A stretch of 64,000 nucleotides of DNA from NCBI GenBank assembly GCA_034780895.1, contig JAUZTB010000042.1, forward strand, positions 10,610,975 through 10,674,974, written 5' to 3'. Every line of letters starts with the position of its first letter. The stretch's first letter is position 1. The position numbers and the translations under genes are program-made. Below the pieces are notes generated by a model that was given only the letters and a program-made list of their open reading frames with translations, did not search any database and was not told the DNA's origin. The stretch comes from Rhynchobatus australiae. Taxonomy: Eukaryota. Shown piece by piece: positions 1 to 12,589 of this stretch.

Positions 1-300
1 GAGGGGAACAGCCACAGGGGTACTCTGCACTATTCGCCTATTCTGTCCTTCTGACAGTCACCCAGCTACCTGCCTCCTGCAGCCTGCAGCCCTGGAGTGA
101 CTGCTTCCCTGTAACTCTTGTCTATGTAGTATCCCATAGGAGCCAAAGGTCATCCAGCTGCAGCTCCAGTTCCCTAACATGGTCTGTAAGGTGCTGCAGT
201 TGGATACACCTCATGCAGATGTAGTTGTCAGGGAGACTGGATGTCTCCCAGAACCTCCACATCTCATAAGCTGAGCACACCACTGACCCCAAAGCCATTC
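1..300 (-). mobile_element. CR1-clade LINE 5'/ORF1 fragment
   Basis: ORF 122-394(-) contains VVCSAYEMW...LPDNYICMRCIQLQHLTDHVRELELQLDDL, a Cys-finger plus coiled-coil start typical of elasmobranch CR1 ORF1. A related copy lies at 8962-9105. Confidence 0.7.
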
Positions 301-1724
301 TCACTACACCACAATACAGGGAACACCAAACCAAAGAAAGGCACTTTACTGGAGACTTACCATTGCCTCTCCTCACAGAAGCCTCTTGAGCCAAAGCCTC
401 AGCTGGCCACTCTGCTTATACTTGCTTTATCTTTATTTGCTGTTATTGATAAAGCAATCAACAGGTAACAATTTGCAAATATGCCCCGTTTAGACTCTTG
501 CAAGGCAAATCTCAGCAGCTCAGGCACAAAAACTCACCTCTTTTCAGGCGTCCTGCTCTGTCCTGTCAGTTTCAGGTGATGTCACTCCCCATGCCACCCC
601 TCCCCCACCCAAATTTTTCAGTCCCATTCTGTCTTCTGCCCTCTACTGTCCAAATAATCCTTAGAAATGGTACCTCATTCCCTTGATTTTTTGACTGGAA
701 TTTAGAAACCTTGGACTTAACAATGTAGATCAAAACACTGACAATCTGGCACTTTTGGGACTTTGGCACCAGGCTAACAGATTTTGCAGATGATTGGATG
801 TTACTTCTGTTAATCCTCCAAAACACTTCTATTTCACTTTTTATAACACGTTATTGCAAGAGTATAATTTTTCTGTGAACCCAGTGGGTTAAAAGTGAGC
901 TGGAAAAAGGGCCTGACGGGTTCCAACTTGCATGTTTTGGCTTGCCAAAAAAAAAGCATAAAAGCACTTTGGACCCCTGCTTCAGCTGCAAATGTACCCA
1001 CATTCCTAATACCTGGTGTTCTGGAATCTGGTTCGCACTCCAGATCTCCCACTCACTCTGAGGACTAATGAGTCAACTTGATGTCGAACCATTGGGATTT
1101 CTGAAAAATCAGCATTATTAAAGCTTTACCATATTTCCATGGAACAGGAAGGCTATGAGAGATGCATGCTATATCGATTGATATGTGGGAAAGGAGAGGG
1201 AAATTCATGTTTTGGGGCTACGCACTTCATCTACGGGTAGTTCTGGCACAAATCTGCACCCGTAGATCTGTGTAAGGGAAAGCTTGATATTTTCATTGTC
1301 TTCTCATTATCCCGCCATTTGCATTTCTCTTAATTTCCCTAGTTTGTTGCCTTCCTTATGGAAGTCTTGGACTCTGTTATGTATTCTGTCCATGCCAATT
1401 CACTGCCTCACTTTGCTATTTTGTTTGTGTTCTGTCTTGGCCTTTTTATTAACCTAATGAGATAATTTTCATACCTTTGTACAGTTTGCATCCCTATCTT
1501 GCTATACAACTAAACACATTGATTGCTGTTGGTATTCAGTATAGTTCTACTTTTCCGCTCAATTTTAATTTAAGGGCTCACTTTTCTTCCATCCTGCGGT
1601 TCTAATGATTCATTAGAAATACTTCAATTACTGAATTTCAGCAAATTGGATATGAGAAAAAGTTCTGGCAATGATTAGGAAGTTGGGCAGTGGCTGTGGA
1701 AAGAGAATTGGAAAGAGAATGTAC

Positions 1725-3303
1725 AGCTGGAATTTGCTGGGAACTGCCAGCGTTTATCCCTTGGGTGTTCAAGAAGCTCAGGAGCCCCACTGCAAAATGC
1801 AGTTGTCCTGAAATTGATGGCCAGCCTCTGCTGGTGAATTCCTGGTTGTATCTTGGTGTNNNNNNNNNNNNNNNNNNNNNNNNNNNNNNNNNNNNNNNNN
1901 NNNNNNNNNNNNNNNNNNNNNNNNNNNNNNNNNNNNNNNNNNNNNNNNNNNNNNNNNNNTCAGGAGCCCCACTGCAAAATGCAGTTGTCCTGAAATTGAT
2001 GGTCAGCCTCTGCTGGTGAATTCCTGGTTGTATCTTGGTGTGAAATGCCTCGCGGGTTCAGTGGCATAGCATAAACATGCAGAATTAAATTAAATTATAT
2101 TACATTATTATTTTTAAAATTTAATTGAACTTAGCACAGGAAGCCCAAGCATCTCAGTGCAGATGAACAACTGTTAGAGAAGTATAATTATTACGCAGAT
2201 TCCATTTTAAAAAATCTTTTATTTAATGCTTTTGATTGTTTAAAGTTGTGTTTTATGATTGATTTTTATATTTATAGTTACTAATATATCTGAATAGCAG
2301 AAACATTCGGATGCACTCAGAGTCCTTGATGGATGATGACACCTGGCAAAGCTGAGTTGTCAGCTGTTAGAGATTTGTGGGGAGGGCTTGTTTTAGTCCA
2401 CCAGTGTAAGGGTATTAGCCTGGAACCTCTATCCCAACAACCATGCTAATGATAGGACTTAACTGAGTCCCACGAGGAAGCATGAACTTCCGCAGACTTG
2501 GTAACTCTCAGCTGGGAAGCTTGCATGTGGAGCCTGGCAACGTTAAAACTACAATGAGCATGGCAGTTCCCAGAGAAATGAGTGGGAAGCATTGACTTCC
2601 AGGAGAAAGGTAAATGAGTCAGCTTTCATTCTTTTTCTGTTACTCTTAAAATTTCTAATTGTTGTTTAGTATTTGAATGATTTTAGTCCATTAAAAAACA
2701 ATTTTATTTATACGGCATGGTAACAGGCCCTTTTGGCCCAATGAGTCCACGCTGACTCCCCCCCACCCGCCCAAGTTAACCTACCTGTATGTCTTTGGAA
2801 TGTGGGAGGAAACCAGAGCACCAGGAGGAAAGCCACACAGACTCAGGGAGATTGTACAAACTCCTTACAGACAGAAACGGGAATTGAACCCTGATTGCTG
2901 GCACTGTAATAGCGTCATGCTAACCGCTACACTACCAGACTAAATGTTGAACATTTCAATATTATTAATTTTTTAACAAGACGTATGTGTAACTAAGTGT
3001 CTTTGATTACTGGTGAGCCTGGGGCTGGGGTCTCACTGGCTGTCAAAGCCATTCTGTTGGTGCTGCACAGGATCACACTGAAGTGTGGGGAGCTGGGCTT
3101 CCTGCCGAGGTTGTGCCTCGGGGCAACTGAGGAACAAAAAGTGCAACCAGGGGCAGGTGGACAGTGATTTCAGGGCATCAGGGAGTAGACCTTGTTATGT
3201 TATGCAAAGCTGCTCCACCACCAGGGCCTTGTCATTTTGGATCAGTTCCTTACTCTCCAGTTTTGACATGTGGGTGGCAAGCCGCTGGCAGCAAGTTCTG
3301 GCC
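1725..3303. mobile_element. Putative non-autonomous TIR element with a nested SINE
   Basis: Imperfect inverted termini agctggaatttgctg (1725) and cagcaagttctggcc (3289), matching at 11/15 with transitions only. A similar start (gggctggatcttgctgg) occurs at 63728. Confidence 0.3.
2701..2936 (-). mobile_element. tRNA-derived HE1/V-type SINE (young subfamily)
   Basis: Reverse complement of the SINEs at 40663 and 53612: ggaatgtgggaggaaaccagagcacc, gggaattgaaccc (B box) and gctaaccgctacactacc (A box). Confidence 0.88.
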
Positions 3304-4539
3304 TATTGCTTCAGGCCAGTGATGTTTCATCAGAATTGATGCAAGGTTTTTGACCTCAAATATTGTCTCTTTCCATGGATGCTGGTGTGAACTTCTATGT
3401 CTTTCCAATATTCTCTGTTCTTCCAGTTCTGATAAATGCACTTTTCCCACTTCAGATGCTGATGGACCAGTTGTATATTTCTAGTGCTAACTGGCTAATT
3501 TCAGACACCGCTATTTAAGTTTTCTTTTGCGTCTCTCCCCCTCTTCCCCCTCTCTCCCTCCCTCCTTTACTTTTTTTCTGATTGTTACATGCACTTTCCC
3601 ACATAAAGATTAACAGCGATTTTAAAGAAGCTTCTCTTTTTGTGACTTCTTTAGCAAATTTTAACAAACCCCTGTCAGAGACATCGAAATGTATTTGTAC
3701 CTGGTTCCACACCATGCCATTGCTGTGGAAATGATAGTTCAACCTGCTACTGCTTTATCATTCCAGGAGCAATGCCTCTTTAAGTGCTGCTCAGTCTGGC
3801 AGCAATACAGCTGGTTTTGCTCTCAGGTATCTTCAGGTTTAACTCTCAAAATCCTTAGAGCAGCATTGCAATTTTGTAATTTGCTCAGGTAAATGTATGT
3901 GACAGATTTATAATAATATTGATCATCAGTAATGTGAATTGGTGATGATTGGGTTAATCTGAAGGGTCACCTTATGTTGAGTCTTGAGTTCTTAAGTTGG
4001 GTTCATTCTGGCTGTTCTGCTGTGAGGCCGTCGTGTTTTGTTTTCTTGTTCCTAACAAATGACCGTCCGTGCTTGATCAGTAGTGGAGAACTGCACTGGT
4101 ACTGGCATGTGTAAGAGGGTGATTTGTTGACAGACTTTCACATGTTATTGCCTCGTGAATGTTTACCCAATGTGGTTTGTTTGTGCACACTAGATTTAGT
4201 GTATCACTGAATTTTTAAAGTTCTGAATTTGAAGATTGATAAAATATTTTAATTTTTATATTTTTTCTTCAGATTTTGAATGGAAGCAACTCCAAAAAAA
4301 AATGCTATTTTGATTTTCCAATGTTACGTTGAAGGTTCCAGTGGATCCAGATTGAAAGCTCGAAATATTTCAGTGCTTTATATTACAGAGGGGCCAGAAA
4401 TAACTAACGTTGTTGATTTTTATTTGGAACTCTTCATGATATCAGGACATCCCAAAGTGTTTTTTTTTATCTTTAGCAGCTCAATAATTTGAAGTGTTGG
4501 GTTTTGTGGATTCTTGGCAACTCATCTGAACACAACAAA

Positions 4540-4720
4540 TCCAATACAGCAGACAGCAGTAAGATAAATGGGCAGCTGATCTGTTTGAATGCATTTGGTT
4601 GAGAGGATAAGTATTAGCCAGGGTATCATTGGAATTCTCTGCTCTTTGAATAATGTCATGAGACCATTTTACATCCCTAAAGGACTGATGGGGCCTTGCT
4701 TTAACATTTCATCCAAAATA
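4540..4720 (-). mobile_element. Decayed DeuSINE/SacSINE-like fragment
   Basis: ggttgagaggataagtattagccaggg...gggccttgctttaacatttcatccaaaa resembles the reverse complement of the core in the 19410 copy. Confidence 0.55.
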
Positions 4721-5369
4721 ACCTTATGAATCCAATATTGGTTTAACACTGCTTTGAATATTTTTGCACATACTTGACTGGTTAAAAAAAAAATGTTTTT
4801 TTGAGTGTGCTCAGTTGTCTCTTTTCTCATTATCTTTGGCTTGATGTGTTCTTCAGTCATCATTGGTTTGCTGTGGTTGCCTTCAGATGACATTTAAAAA
4901 AGATGCATCTCTCTTGTTTCTGTGACTGTTTCACTTTCTATACTTTGATATTTTTTGTGATTAACATCAGTTTGTTTTGATCTCTGATTTTCTGAAAGTG
5001 ATAGCAGTAGCTATTTTTCAATCTTTTAGGCCACCGAACATAAGAAAATATTGGAACATATAATATAGAGTGCAGTCAATCAAACATGCCGTGGCTACTT
5101 GCCCTTTGTACTATAAACGAGTTGATTGAGGAAAATCATGGTGGTGTTGCACCCGCAAGCATGTTTTTTTTTAAATGTGCAGCCAGGTTAAGGGAGGGAG
5201 CTCGTTTTGGTGCTTACCTCCGTTTAAGAAAAAAAAATGGGTTTCTGCCTGATGCATGTACAGAATAAAAAAGCGAATTGGTAGGGAGCACTTGAGAGTT
5301 GCCTTGTCCAGACAACAACAGTTGGAAAACAGCAGAGTTGAAGTGCTTTTCGAAGAAGAATTCTGACTT

Positions 5370-5710
5370 GCACAGTGTTCTCATCTGCAAAGACGCTTCA
5401 GAATACCACAGCCAATAGATTACTGCAGCACAGTCATAATCGCAGCATGTGGCAAAAGTGGCAGCTCATTTGGCTTCAGTAAATATGAAGATGAGTTTGA
5501 AATATCCGTTTGTTTTTGTAGCTTTGGTTATGCTGTAAATGAGTGCTTGAAATCTGTCTGAGAATGTTACCATGGGATTTTCTTATGCCCAGCTTGAGCA
5601 GCTCACAGGATCCTGCTTTAACATTGTGTTCAACACTGAAATTATTCAAATGTGGTCACATCTCACCACCAGTGCTTCAACCTCCTTACCTTCTGCCTTA
5701 AAGAACCACT
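5370..5710 (-). mobile_element. Decayed DeuSINE/SacSINE-like fragment
   Basis: caaagacgcttcaga...taccatgggattttcttatg...tgctttaacatt...accactgagccaaggctga, same family as 21330 and 30310. Confidence 0.45.
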
Positions 5711-7589
5711 GAGCCAAGGCTGAGGCGTTAGTGCTGCATCATGTTTTGAGGGGCCCACAGCAACGATTCCCAACACAGGTCATGCCAAACTGCTTGTTGG
5801 CAGGGGAGGACAAAGATTAAAAGGGTTTTGCAAAGCTCTATTAAAATATAGAGCTAATTTAGTAAGAAAATTCACTTAATGTTTTTTTAAAATATACTTG
5901 GCATGTTGCCTGATCTGGCTGTTAGTGTGCTACCAGTCCACAGGACAGCCCATTTCCTTAAAAGGATTGACTCATGACTGTCATCAAATTGACCAAATGC
6001 AAGTTGGCCTCTCATTCAAAAAGGTTTAGAACTGCTGGTCAACTGTCTTACCACTAAATATCTGTTGAGATATTAGTGTTCTGGCATCCAGCTGTCCAAA
6101 TGCTTGAAATTATTTTGCTGGTGTAAGCTTTGTGGTTTAAGTGACAATGTGTGGGTCTATGTTTTCTTGTTTCTCCCCTTTTACTGACCACATGAATGTA
6201 GGTCAGGTATGAACCACAAGTAACAGCATCATTCTGATGTCTTCTCAAATGAGTCTGTTTTTATCCTTCAGTACTGCAATGCATTTTCTGTTGGAGTTGC
6301 ATCAGGAACAGACAAGAAGATGAAGAGAGGTCTATTGTGCCCAGCGGTGCACTTCTGTATCAGAAGGAAACCACAAGAAGAAATCTGTGTGCATATGAGA
6401 TAAAAATGTGTTTAAAGGTTGCATTGTTTTTGAAATAATCTTGCCCATATTTCTCCATGCAACTTAAGCTGCTGCTATCATTTGTCCTGTTGGCCATCCG
6501 GATCCTTTGAAACAGTTTGAAGCTTGCACAACAGAATGTTAAAATTGCATTGTTTCTGACTTGCATCATAAGACTTCCATGCTTGCAATCATCACAAGGC
6601 TCTCAAATCAACAATGTGTGGCAAGCATCACTGACACCTCTTCAGTTTTTGATTTACAATGTTTTCTTTGCTCCCTATCTGAAATATTGACTGAGTGCTG
6701 GAATATTGCTCCACAAAACATTTCTTTCAGGTTACTGATGGGTGGCTGTTTTTACTGGTTGCACCAATATTTTTTAATGTTAAACTTAGCAAGGAAAAGA
6801 TGTAAATGATAAGCTGAATCAAAGGCAAAAAAATCCTGGTCATGGATATTAAATATCTCTAAAGGGAAAGACTTAAGTTCAAGCCTTCATGAGAATGCAT
6901 CGTTGCATTCAATTCTGAAGAAGAATTACACCTAAATGATTAACTATTTACTTTCCTTCTGGCCTCTTGTGTATTTTCAGTATTTTGGCATTATTAGCTG
7001 TGAAGCAGAGGAGTCCTGGGCTGTGGCAGAAGTGACCTACCCGGCAGCAGGCCGCAGTCCAGGGCTCCTGATTTTGTATTGTAGCCAAAACAACAATTTA
7101 TATGCAATTGCTTGGTCATGCTTCTACCTCCACACTTGAAGAGGGATTGAAGTTGAAACCAATTCCTGGCTTGGGAACCCACGGCAGTGGGGAAATTTCT
7201 GCTGGAATGTCACCTGAGCTCCCCAGTTGTGCATCTTTGGACTGAGCAGTCTCTTGCAATGTGGTCCTGGGCTCGGTCATCTGCTAGAGTCCTGCTCCAA
7301 GCTGATCAAGGCCCTGCAGAGCCTTTCCCACTGTATATGGTTGGCTCCTCTCCTGAAAACCCATCCTTCAAACCAGTGAAGCACCACCACCCCTGCATCT
7401 CCCCTTCCCCAGGCTTGCAGGCCGACTGTATTATGGAAGCTCACTGTTCCTTTTAACAACTTTTAGTACACCAGAAATATCTGGAAATTCTAAGATGAGG
7501 AAGAGTGTTGGAAACAGAGAACTTTTATTTTGTAACTGATGTCAATTTATTGATGTTTCCCCTTTAGTATTTCTTTCTTTCATCAGTTA

Positions 7590-7745
7590 CTAACCCACTT
7601 CTCTGCAACATAAAAGGTGCTTTCTTTCCCCTAACTTTTCATAGTTCTGATGCAAGTCAACAACCTGAAATATCACCTCAGTTTTTTTCCACAGAGGCTG
7701 TTTGATCTGCTAAGCATTTTACGGCATTTTCTGTTTTTATTTCCT
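7590..7745 (+). mobile_element. Penelope-like element terminal (pLTR) remnant
   Basis: gttctgatgcaagtcaacaacctgaaatatcacctcagtttttttccacagaggctgtttgatctgctaagc...cattttctgtttttatt, the same terminal motif as at 13690, 30920 and 40530. Confidence 0.6.
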
Positions 7746-7899
7746 TACTCATACTAACATTATCTTGAATTAGTTAATATTGTTGTCCATTTCTAATACC
7801 CTTTGAGTTGTACCTTCCCTGTTTTTCCCAAACCACCAAGATTAAGGAGTTCTGTGGAAAGGAGGCACTAGCTGTAGAATTGAATGTTGCAAGATCGTG

Positions 7900-8310
7900 G
7901 AATCACAGAAACGTACAGAACAGAAATGGGCCCATATGGTCCACTTTGTCTATGCCAACCGAGATGCCTCTCTATGGTAATCCCTTTTGTCTACATTAGA
8001 CCCATATCCTTCTACTCCCTTCCTATCCAATTACCTGTCTAAATGCCTTCTAAACATTGTAATTGTAACTGCCTCCACCACTCCTTCTGTCAGCCCATTT
8101 CAAATATTCACCTTTGTATTAAAGAAAATCTCCCCTCCGATCTCCTTTAAATTTCTCCCCTCTCACTTTCAACCTGTGCCTTCCAACTCTGGACACCCCT
8201 GCCCTGGGAAAAGGATTCTGACTACCTCTGCACCCCTCATAATTTTGTAAATCTCTACAAGTGCATCCCTCACCCTCCTACATTCCCGGTGAGAATAAAC
8301 ATAGTCTGTT
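7900..8310 (-). mobile_element. CR1/HER1-like LINE 3' end
   Basis: acagaaatgggcccatatggtccac...cctgtctaaatgccttctaaacattgtaattgtaactgcctccaccac..., the reverse complement of the 3' end seen at 48348-48990. Confidence 0.8.
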
Positions 8311-8961
8311 TGATCTTACTACAGCCCTGCTTCAGTGGTGTTTAGTTGTGAGTGTGGGCGGATCAGATCTTTATCATCAGGAGCTTGTTAAGAGAATGTG
8401 CCCTGTTCGTCTGAGCCTCTCACGGGCAAGATTGAAAAGGGAAGTAGAAATATGACTTGATGCCTTGCCTCCAATGACACATATTTCCAAGAATTCTGCT
8501 ACAGCAGAGATTGGTATAGCTGTAACCAAAATGTGCAAAGTCTGCCCCACCTGGGATCCAGTAGTTAATCATCTGTGAAGTCACACAGAATTTCTAAGAT
8601 TTCTTGCTGTGTGAATTCATTGGCCAAATGCATGAGTAGCTGAAATTCTGCTTTCTAGATCTCACCTGCTCCCCACAAATGCAGGCCAGAAGACAGACGA
8701 GTCAGTGCTGGAACATCGCATTCACTGGGGAGTTCACCAGTGTGGCACAGGAATAGGACTGAAGTACAATGGTTTGGATGCGACTAAGCTGGAGTGCTCA
8801 CTCTCCAAGCAGAAAAGCCTTGAAGTGCCGCTGGCAGTGACAGCCAGCAGACCTTCAGAGANNNNNNNNNNNNNNNNNNNNNNNNNNNNNNNNNNNNNNN
8901 NNNNNNNNNNNNNNNNNNNNNNNNNNNNNNNNNNNNNNNNNNNNNNNNNNNNNNNNNNNNN

Positions 8962-9105
8962 GGGGTGACTATCTCCCTGAAACTCCTATCTATGTCAGCC
9001 TCTACCTCCCGAATGATCCGAAGTTCATCCAGCTCCAGTTCCCTAACACGTTTTGTCAGGAGCTCCAGCTGGATGCACCTTTTACAGGTGTAGTCATCAG
9101 GGACC
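8962..9105 (-). mobile_element. CR1 ORF1 fragment
   Basis: catccagctccagttccctaacacg...gctccagctggatgcacc...gtagtcatcaggg is homologous to 90-235. Confidence 0.7.
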
Positions 9106-9429
9106 CCTATCTTCTGCTCCTCATTAAAGCAAGAAATTCACGCCAAAGACATGAACATTGCCTTCTCAAAAACAGAAGGCCCCATAAGATATTGTATTGT
9201 TCATTATGTATCAGAGCAGCGACACCTGATTGCTTTCAATGCAGAGTGGATGGATTTTCAGTTTGGCTCCCAGAATCTACCAGCCTCAATGCTGTTGGAT
9301 ATTTTTCCTTATTTTGGTTGCCTGGCTACCTTTGTGTTATGCCACTTGATATATCAAAACAAAGTGTTCTCACTGATATTTAAAAACCAGTTTGTTTGAG
9401 GATTGAGTTTTAGTTGTTTACTCGGATAC

Positions 9430-9770
9430 CTTGAGCATGTAATCTGCGGTGATAATTCAGCACAGTGAGGGTGCACTGCATTGTCAGAGGCATTCCCTTT
9501 GGATGAAATGATAAATCAGAGTCCTAACTGTCCATTCCCAGTCCATATTGATGAAGTGTTCCTTGAATAACAAGGAAGAGCAGAAAGTCCAGCATGTGTT
9601 TCAGCTTACATACCTCCCTTGATCAAAACCAACAAGAGCAGATTAACTGATCATTTATCTCATAGCAACATTCCACAAACAGCAATGAGCTAAATGATTG
9701 CTTTTGTTGATATATTCAGTGTCACTGCTCTGAAAAAATAACTAGCTTTAAACAGAGTCCGTAAGGTGAC
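9430..9770 (+). mobile_element. Decayed DeuSINE/SacSINE-like element
   Basis: ttgagcatgtaatc...gagggtgcactgcattgtcagaggc...ggatgaaatgataaatcagag...agcagattaactgatcatttatctcat parallels 19410-19840. Confidence 0.6.
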
Positions 9771-10179
9771 ATTGTGTTCATTCTTCAGCAGTAAGATTGA
9801 AGATTGTGACAAGTGGTGAAACTTGAACAGCTGAAAATATTTCAACTCCTCTGTTGTGTTCCTGTCTTAATTTTGCTCTCGCTAATGTCTTACATGTTGT
9901 AGGTATGGATATCACCTGAGGTCTGGTTCTCTGTGGGCAATCTGCCTTTTGCAAGCTTATCCAAGCTTTCGTTCTTCATGAATGGATTTAAGAAATGCAC
10001 TTTGGCAGGCAAGGGTGGTGTAGAAGTATCACAGGAGCATCTAAACTTAACCCCATCCAGAAATGTACCCTGTACATTGTTAATGTGTAGGCCAAGGTAT
10101 TCTCTACAATGGTTAAAAATTGGTTATACCATATAAAAGCCTTATACCACAGAATGCAGTCAATGAAAATGGGAAAAAA

Positions 10180-10330
10180 GAAGATGCAGATGCTGGAAAT
10201 CTGAAAAAAAACAGAACATCAGAACTGTTCGAGCAAGGGGTCTCCAACACGAATCATTAACTCTGTTTCTCTTTCCATGACCTGCTGAGTGTTTCCAAGG
10301 TTTTCTGTTTTTATTTCAGATTTCCAATTG
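10180..10330. mobile_element. Short Penelope-derived inverted-repeat element
   Basis: tggaaatctgaaaaaaaacagaa...ttctgtttttatttcagatttcca form inverted termini; internal ttaactctgtttctctttcca and gacctgctgagtgtttcca. Confidence 0.6.
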
Positions 10331-11027
10331 TTAACCATTATAGAGAAATCAAAATTTTAATATCTTGGCCTACACGTGAACAACATGCTGGGATTTTATT
10401 ACTGGATGGGAATAAATTTGTATACCTCTGTGATGCCTCCTTGCTACAATAGCCTGCAAACATGGGTTTCTTAAGTTACTGCACAAGCATGTGCTTGTTG
10501 TTATTGGCACATAATGCAGATGGCCTCCCTACCAATTTTGGTAGGTTACTAGACAATTGAAACTTACCAGAAAGTTTGGCCTATATTAGACATTTATTTG
10601 CTCACACATTTGATTTCAAATCTCCCATAGCTACAAGTGCACAGGATGTTAGAATCATTTTTTATATATCTCTGAAAACTGAGTTGAGTACCTTGAGGGT
10701 GTTTCACCATTGCAGACCTCTTGGAGGAGTCCAAAGTGGTACTTCTCTATATTCTAACCTGTCAGCCAAGTCACTGAAGAGCATATACTTGGGGTTCTAC
10801 TTTACTATGCTTTAAATATATCCTATCTTTTGTTTTAGTTATATTGGATCTCTTTTTTGTCATTGTTTCAGCAGATTAAATTCTGATCTTCTGCCCATTT
10901 TATAATCAGGTGACTGATGGTTAAATGTATTTGCAGCCGAAGAAGTAAATTCTAAATTTATTATGTGGGATTGTTACTGGTCTTTGAGGGATTACATTCT
11001 GTGATTTTAACTTTTTCTTATAGGCAG

Positions 11028-11520
11028 TCACTCTGAATTGAGGGTAATCTGGTTCCACTCAGATTCTGAGGGTTCTGAGGTGGCTAATGAGAGCAATGTG
11101 GGAACAGTGGACTCTTCTACAGATAGTGGCTGACAGGGCAGACAGTTTGTGAGGTGCTGTGCTCCTTCCATTGCTTCGATGAACTCAAAGCATCCTACTT
11201 CCTGACCTACGATAGAGCAGTGTTCAGGTTCGTCACTTTGGCAGTTGTCCATGAGGGGGCTGACATTCCAGGTTCTGAATTTCATGTTGTGAAGATATCT
11301 GTGTGTGGTTTTATTTAATGTCAGGAAGCCACCACACGGGCCAAATGTTGTGAAGATAGCTGTGCGTGGTTTTATTTAATGTCAGGAAGCCACCACATGG
11401 GCCAAATGAAACAAGGTCTTTATCCATTGGCAAGGGGGAGCAAGACAAATGGAAGCTGGGCTCTGCTGTGTGGGTGCTAATGGTCACACATGAAGGTGGG
11501 CACATGTGTAACCACTATCC
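11028..11520 (-). mobile_element. RTE-clade LINE 5' end (5' UTR plus start of the AP endonuclease)
   Basis: MKFRTWNVSPLMDNCQSDEPEHCSIVGQEV resembles the RTE APE N-terminus (TWNVRTLMD...DRPERRSA.VA.EL). Confidence 0.65.
11284..11405. repeat. Direct tandem duplication, 2 x 61 bp, 3 mismatches
   Basis: atgttgtgaagata(t/g)ctgtg(t/c)gtggttttatttaatgtcaggaagccaccaca(c/t)gggccaa is repeated at 11284 and 11345 with no N gap between the copies. Confidence 0.95.
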
Positions 11521-12329
11521 AGTACGTGCCACTCAATTGTATGCGTGCACAAAGATGCATGCACGCACGTGGGCTCAGGCACAGGAGCCTTTGCTCATTT
11601 GTTCCCTCACTTCTTACCCAGTCACCAACCCCCCAGCCAAGCTAGACGTAGGTCCTGTCCCTGGCACCCTACTCCGTCTGCACACATCCAAGTTCCCGAC
11701 CCTCAGCTCCGGCTGCATACCTGGCCCACATTCCCAACTCCAGCTTCCATTCACTTTCCCAGTACCAGCACAACATCTTAGCCTTTGTGAACCAGCAGAA
11801 GAAATATTCATTGTTTTGTTTTCCCTTTTGGGCTGAGTCATGTGGAGGACAATTGTACCTGCTTGACTTAGCTGATATCAAATACCACAGCATGCTATTT
11901 GGAACTGGTGTTCCTGGCCTGTTGGACAATATCCCAAGTGAAGCATCACATTTACTCAAAGAGGAATGCCTTCTTACTTTATACTCACAAATTAAATCAA
12001 ATACTATCTGAGTTAATNNNNNNNNNNNNNNNNNNNNNNNNNNNNNNNNNNNNNNNNNNNNNNNNNNNNNNNNNNNNNNNNNNNNNNNNNNNNNNNNNNN
12101 NNNNNNNNNNNNNNNNNCTTCTTACTTTATACTCTCAAATTAAATCAAATACTATCTGAGTTAATGAGCATTAGTTCAAAGTTTACAACAGCTCCATAAA
12201 TTTAAAGGACAATTCCTCAAAAATAAAAACTCAACCCAGACCAGAAAATAAAAGGTCAGTATCTCTGTTTCAACAGTGACTGTTAAATCTGGGACTGACT
12301 CATACATCCACTTATATTCTTGTATTTCT

Positions 12330-12580
12330 TTATGACAGAGAAGGAATCCATTCAGTCTATGCTGGCTCTCTGAACAATCTCATAATCCTGTTCCCCACTT
12401 AATTCCTTGTAACCTGTTTGCTTTCATTAACAAATGCTCACTTATTCTGGGGAGTTTACAGTAGAGAATTACCAGCATGTCTTTGTAATGTGGTAGGAAA
12501 CCAGGGCAGGTGGAGAAAACCCGCACGATCACAGGGACAAAGTATAAATTCCACACCCGCATCGCCACTGCACCATCCTG
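12330..12580 (-). mobile_element. Older V-type SINE
   Basis: accagcatgtctttgtaatgtggtaggaaaccagggcaggtggagaaaacccgcacgatcacagggacaaagtataaattccacac is the reverse of the V-domain. Confidence 0.7.
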
Positions 12581-12589
12581 TGCATTGCC

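Noticed and set aside
1779-2041. About 80-bp direct repeat flanking a 100-N gap
   Set aside because: Overlapping contig ends joined by a placeholder gap; an assembly artefact rather than a biological repeat.
4272-4331. Strong acceptor ttttttcttcag at 4272
   Set aside because: The phase-1 frame stops within about 20 codons and there is no convincing donor or homology.
11366-11959. Cluster of overlapping ORFs up to 156 aa
   Set aside because: GC-richer repeat-derived sequence with no recognisable protein motif or splice structure.
11970-12165. About 48-bp direct repeat around a 100-N gap
   Set aside because: Same gap-overlap artefact; not a CRISPR-like repeat-spacer unit.
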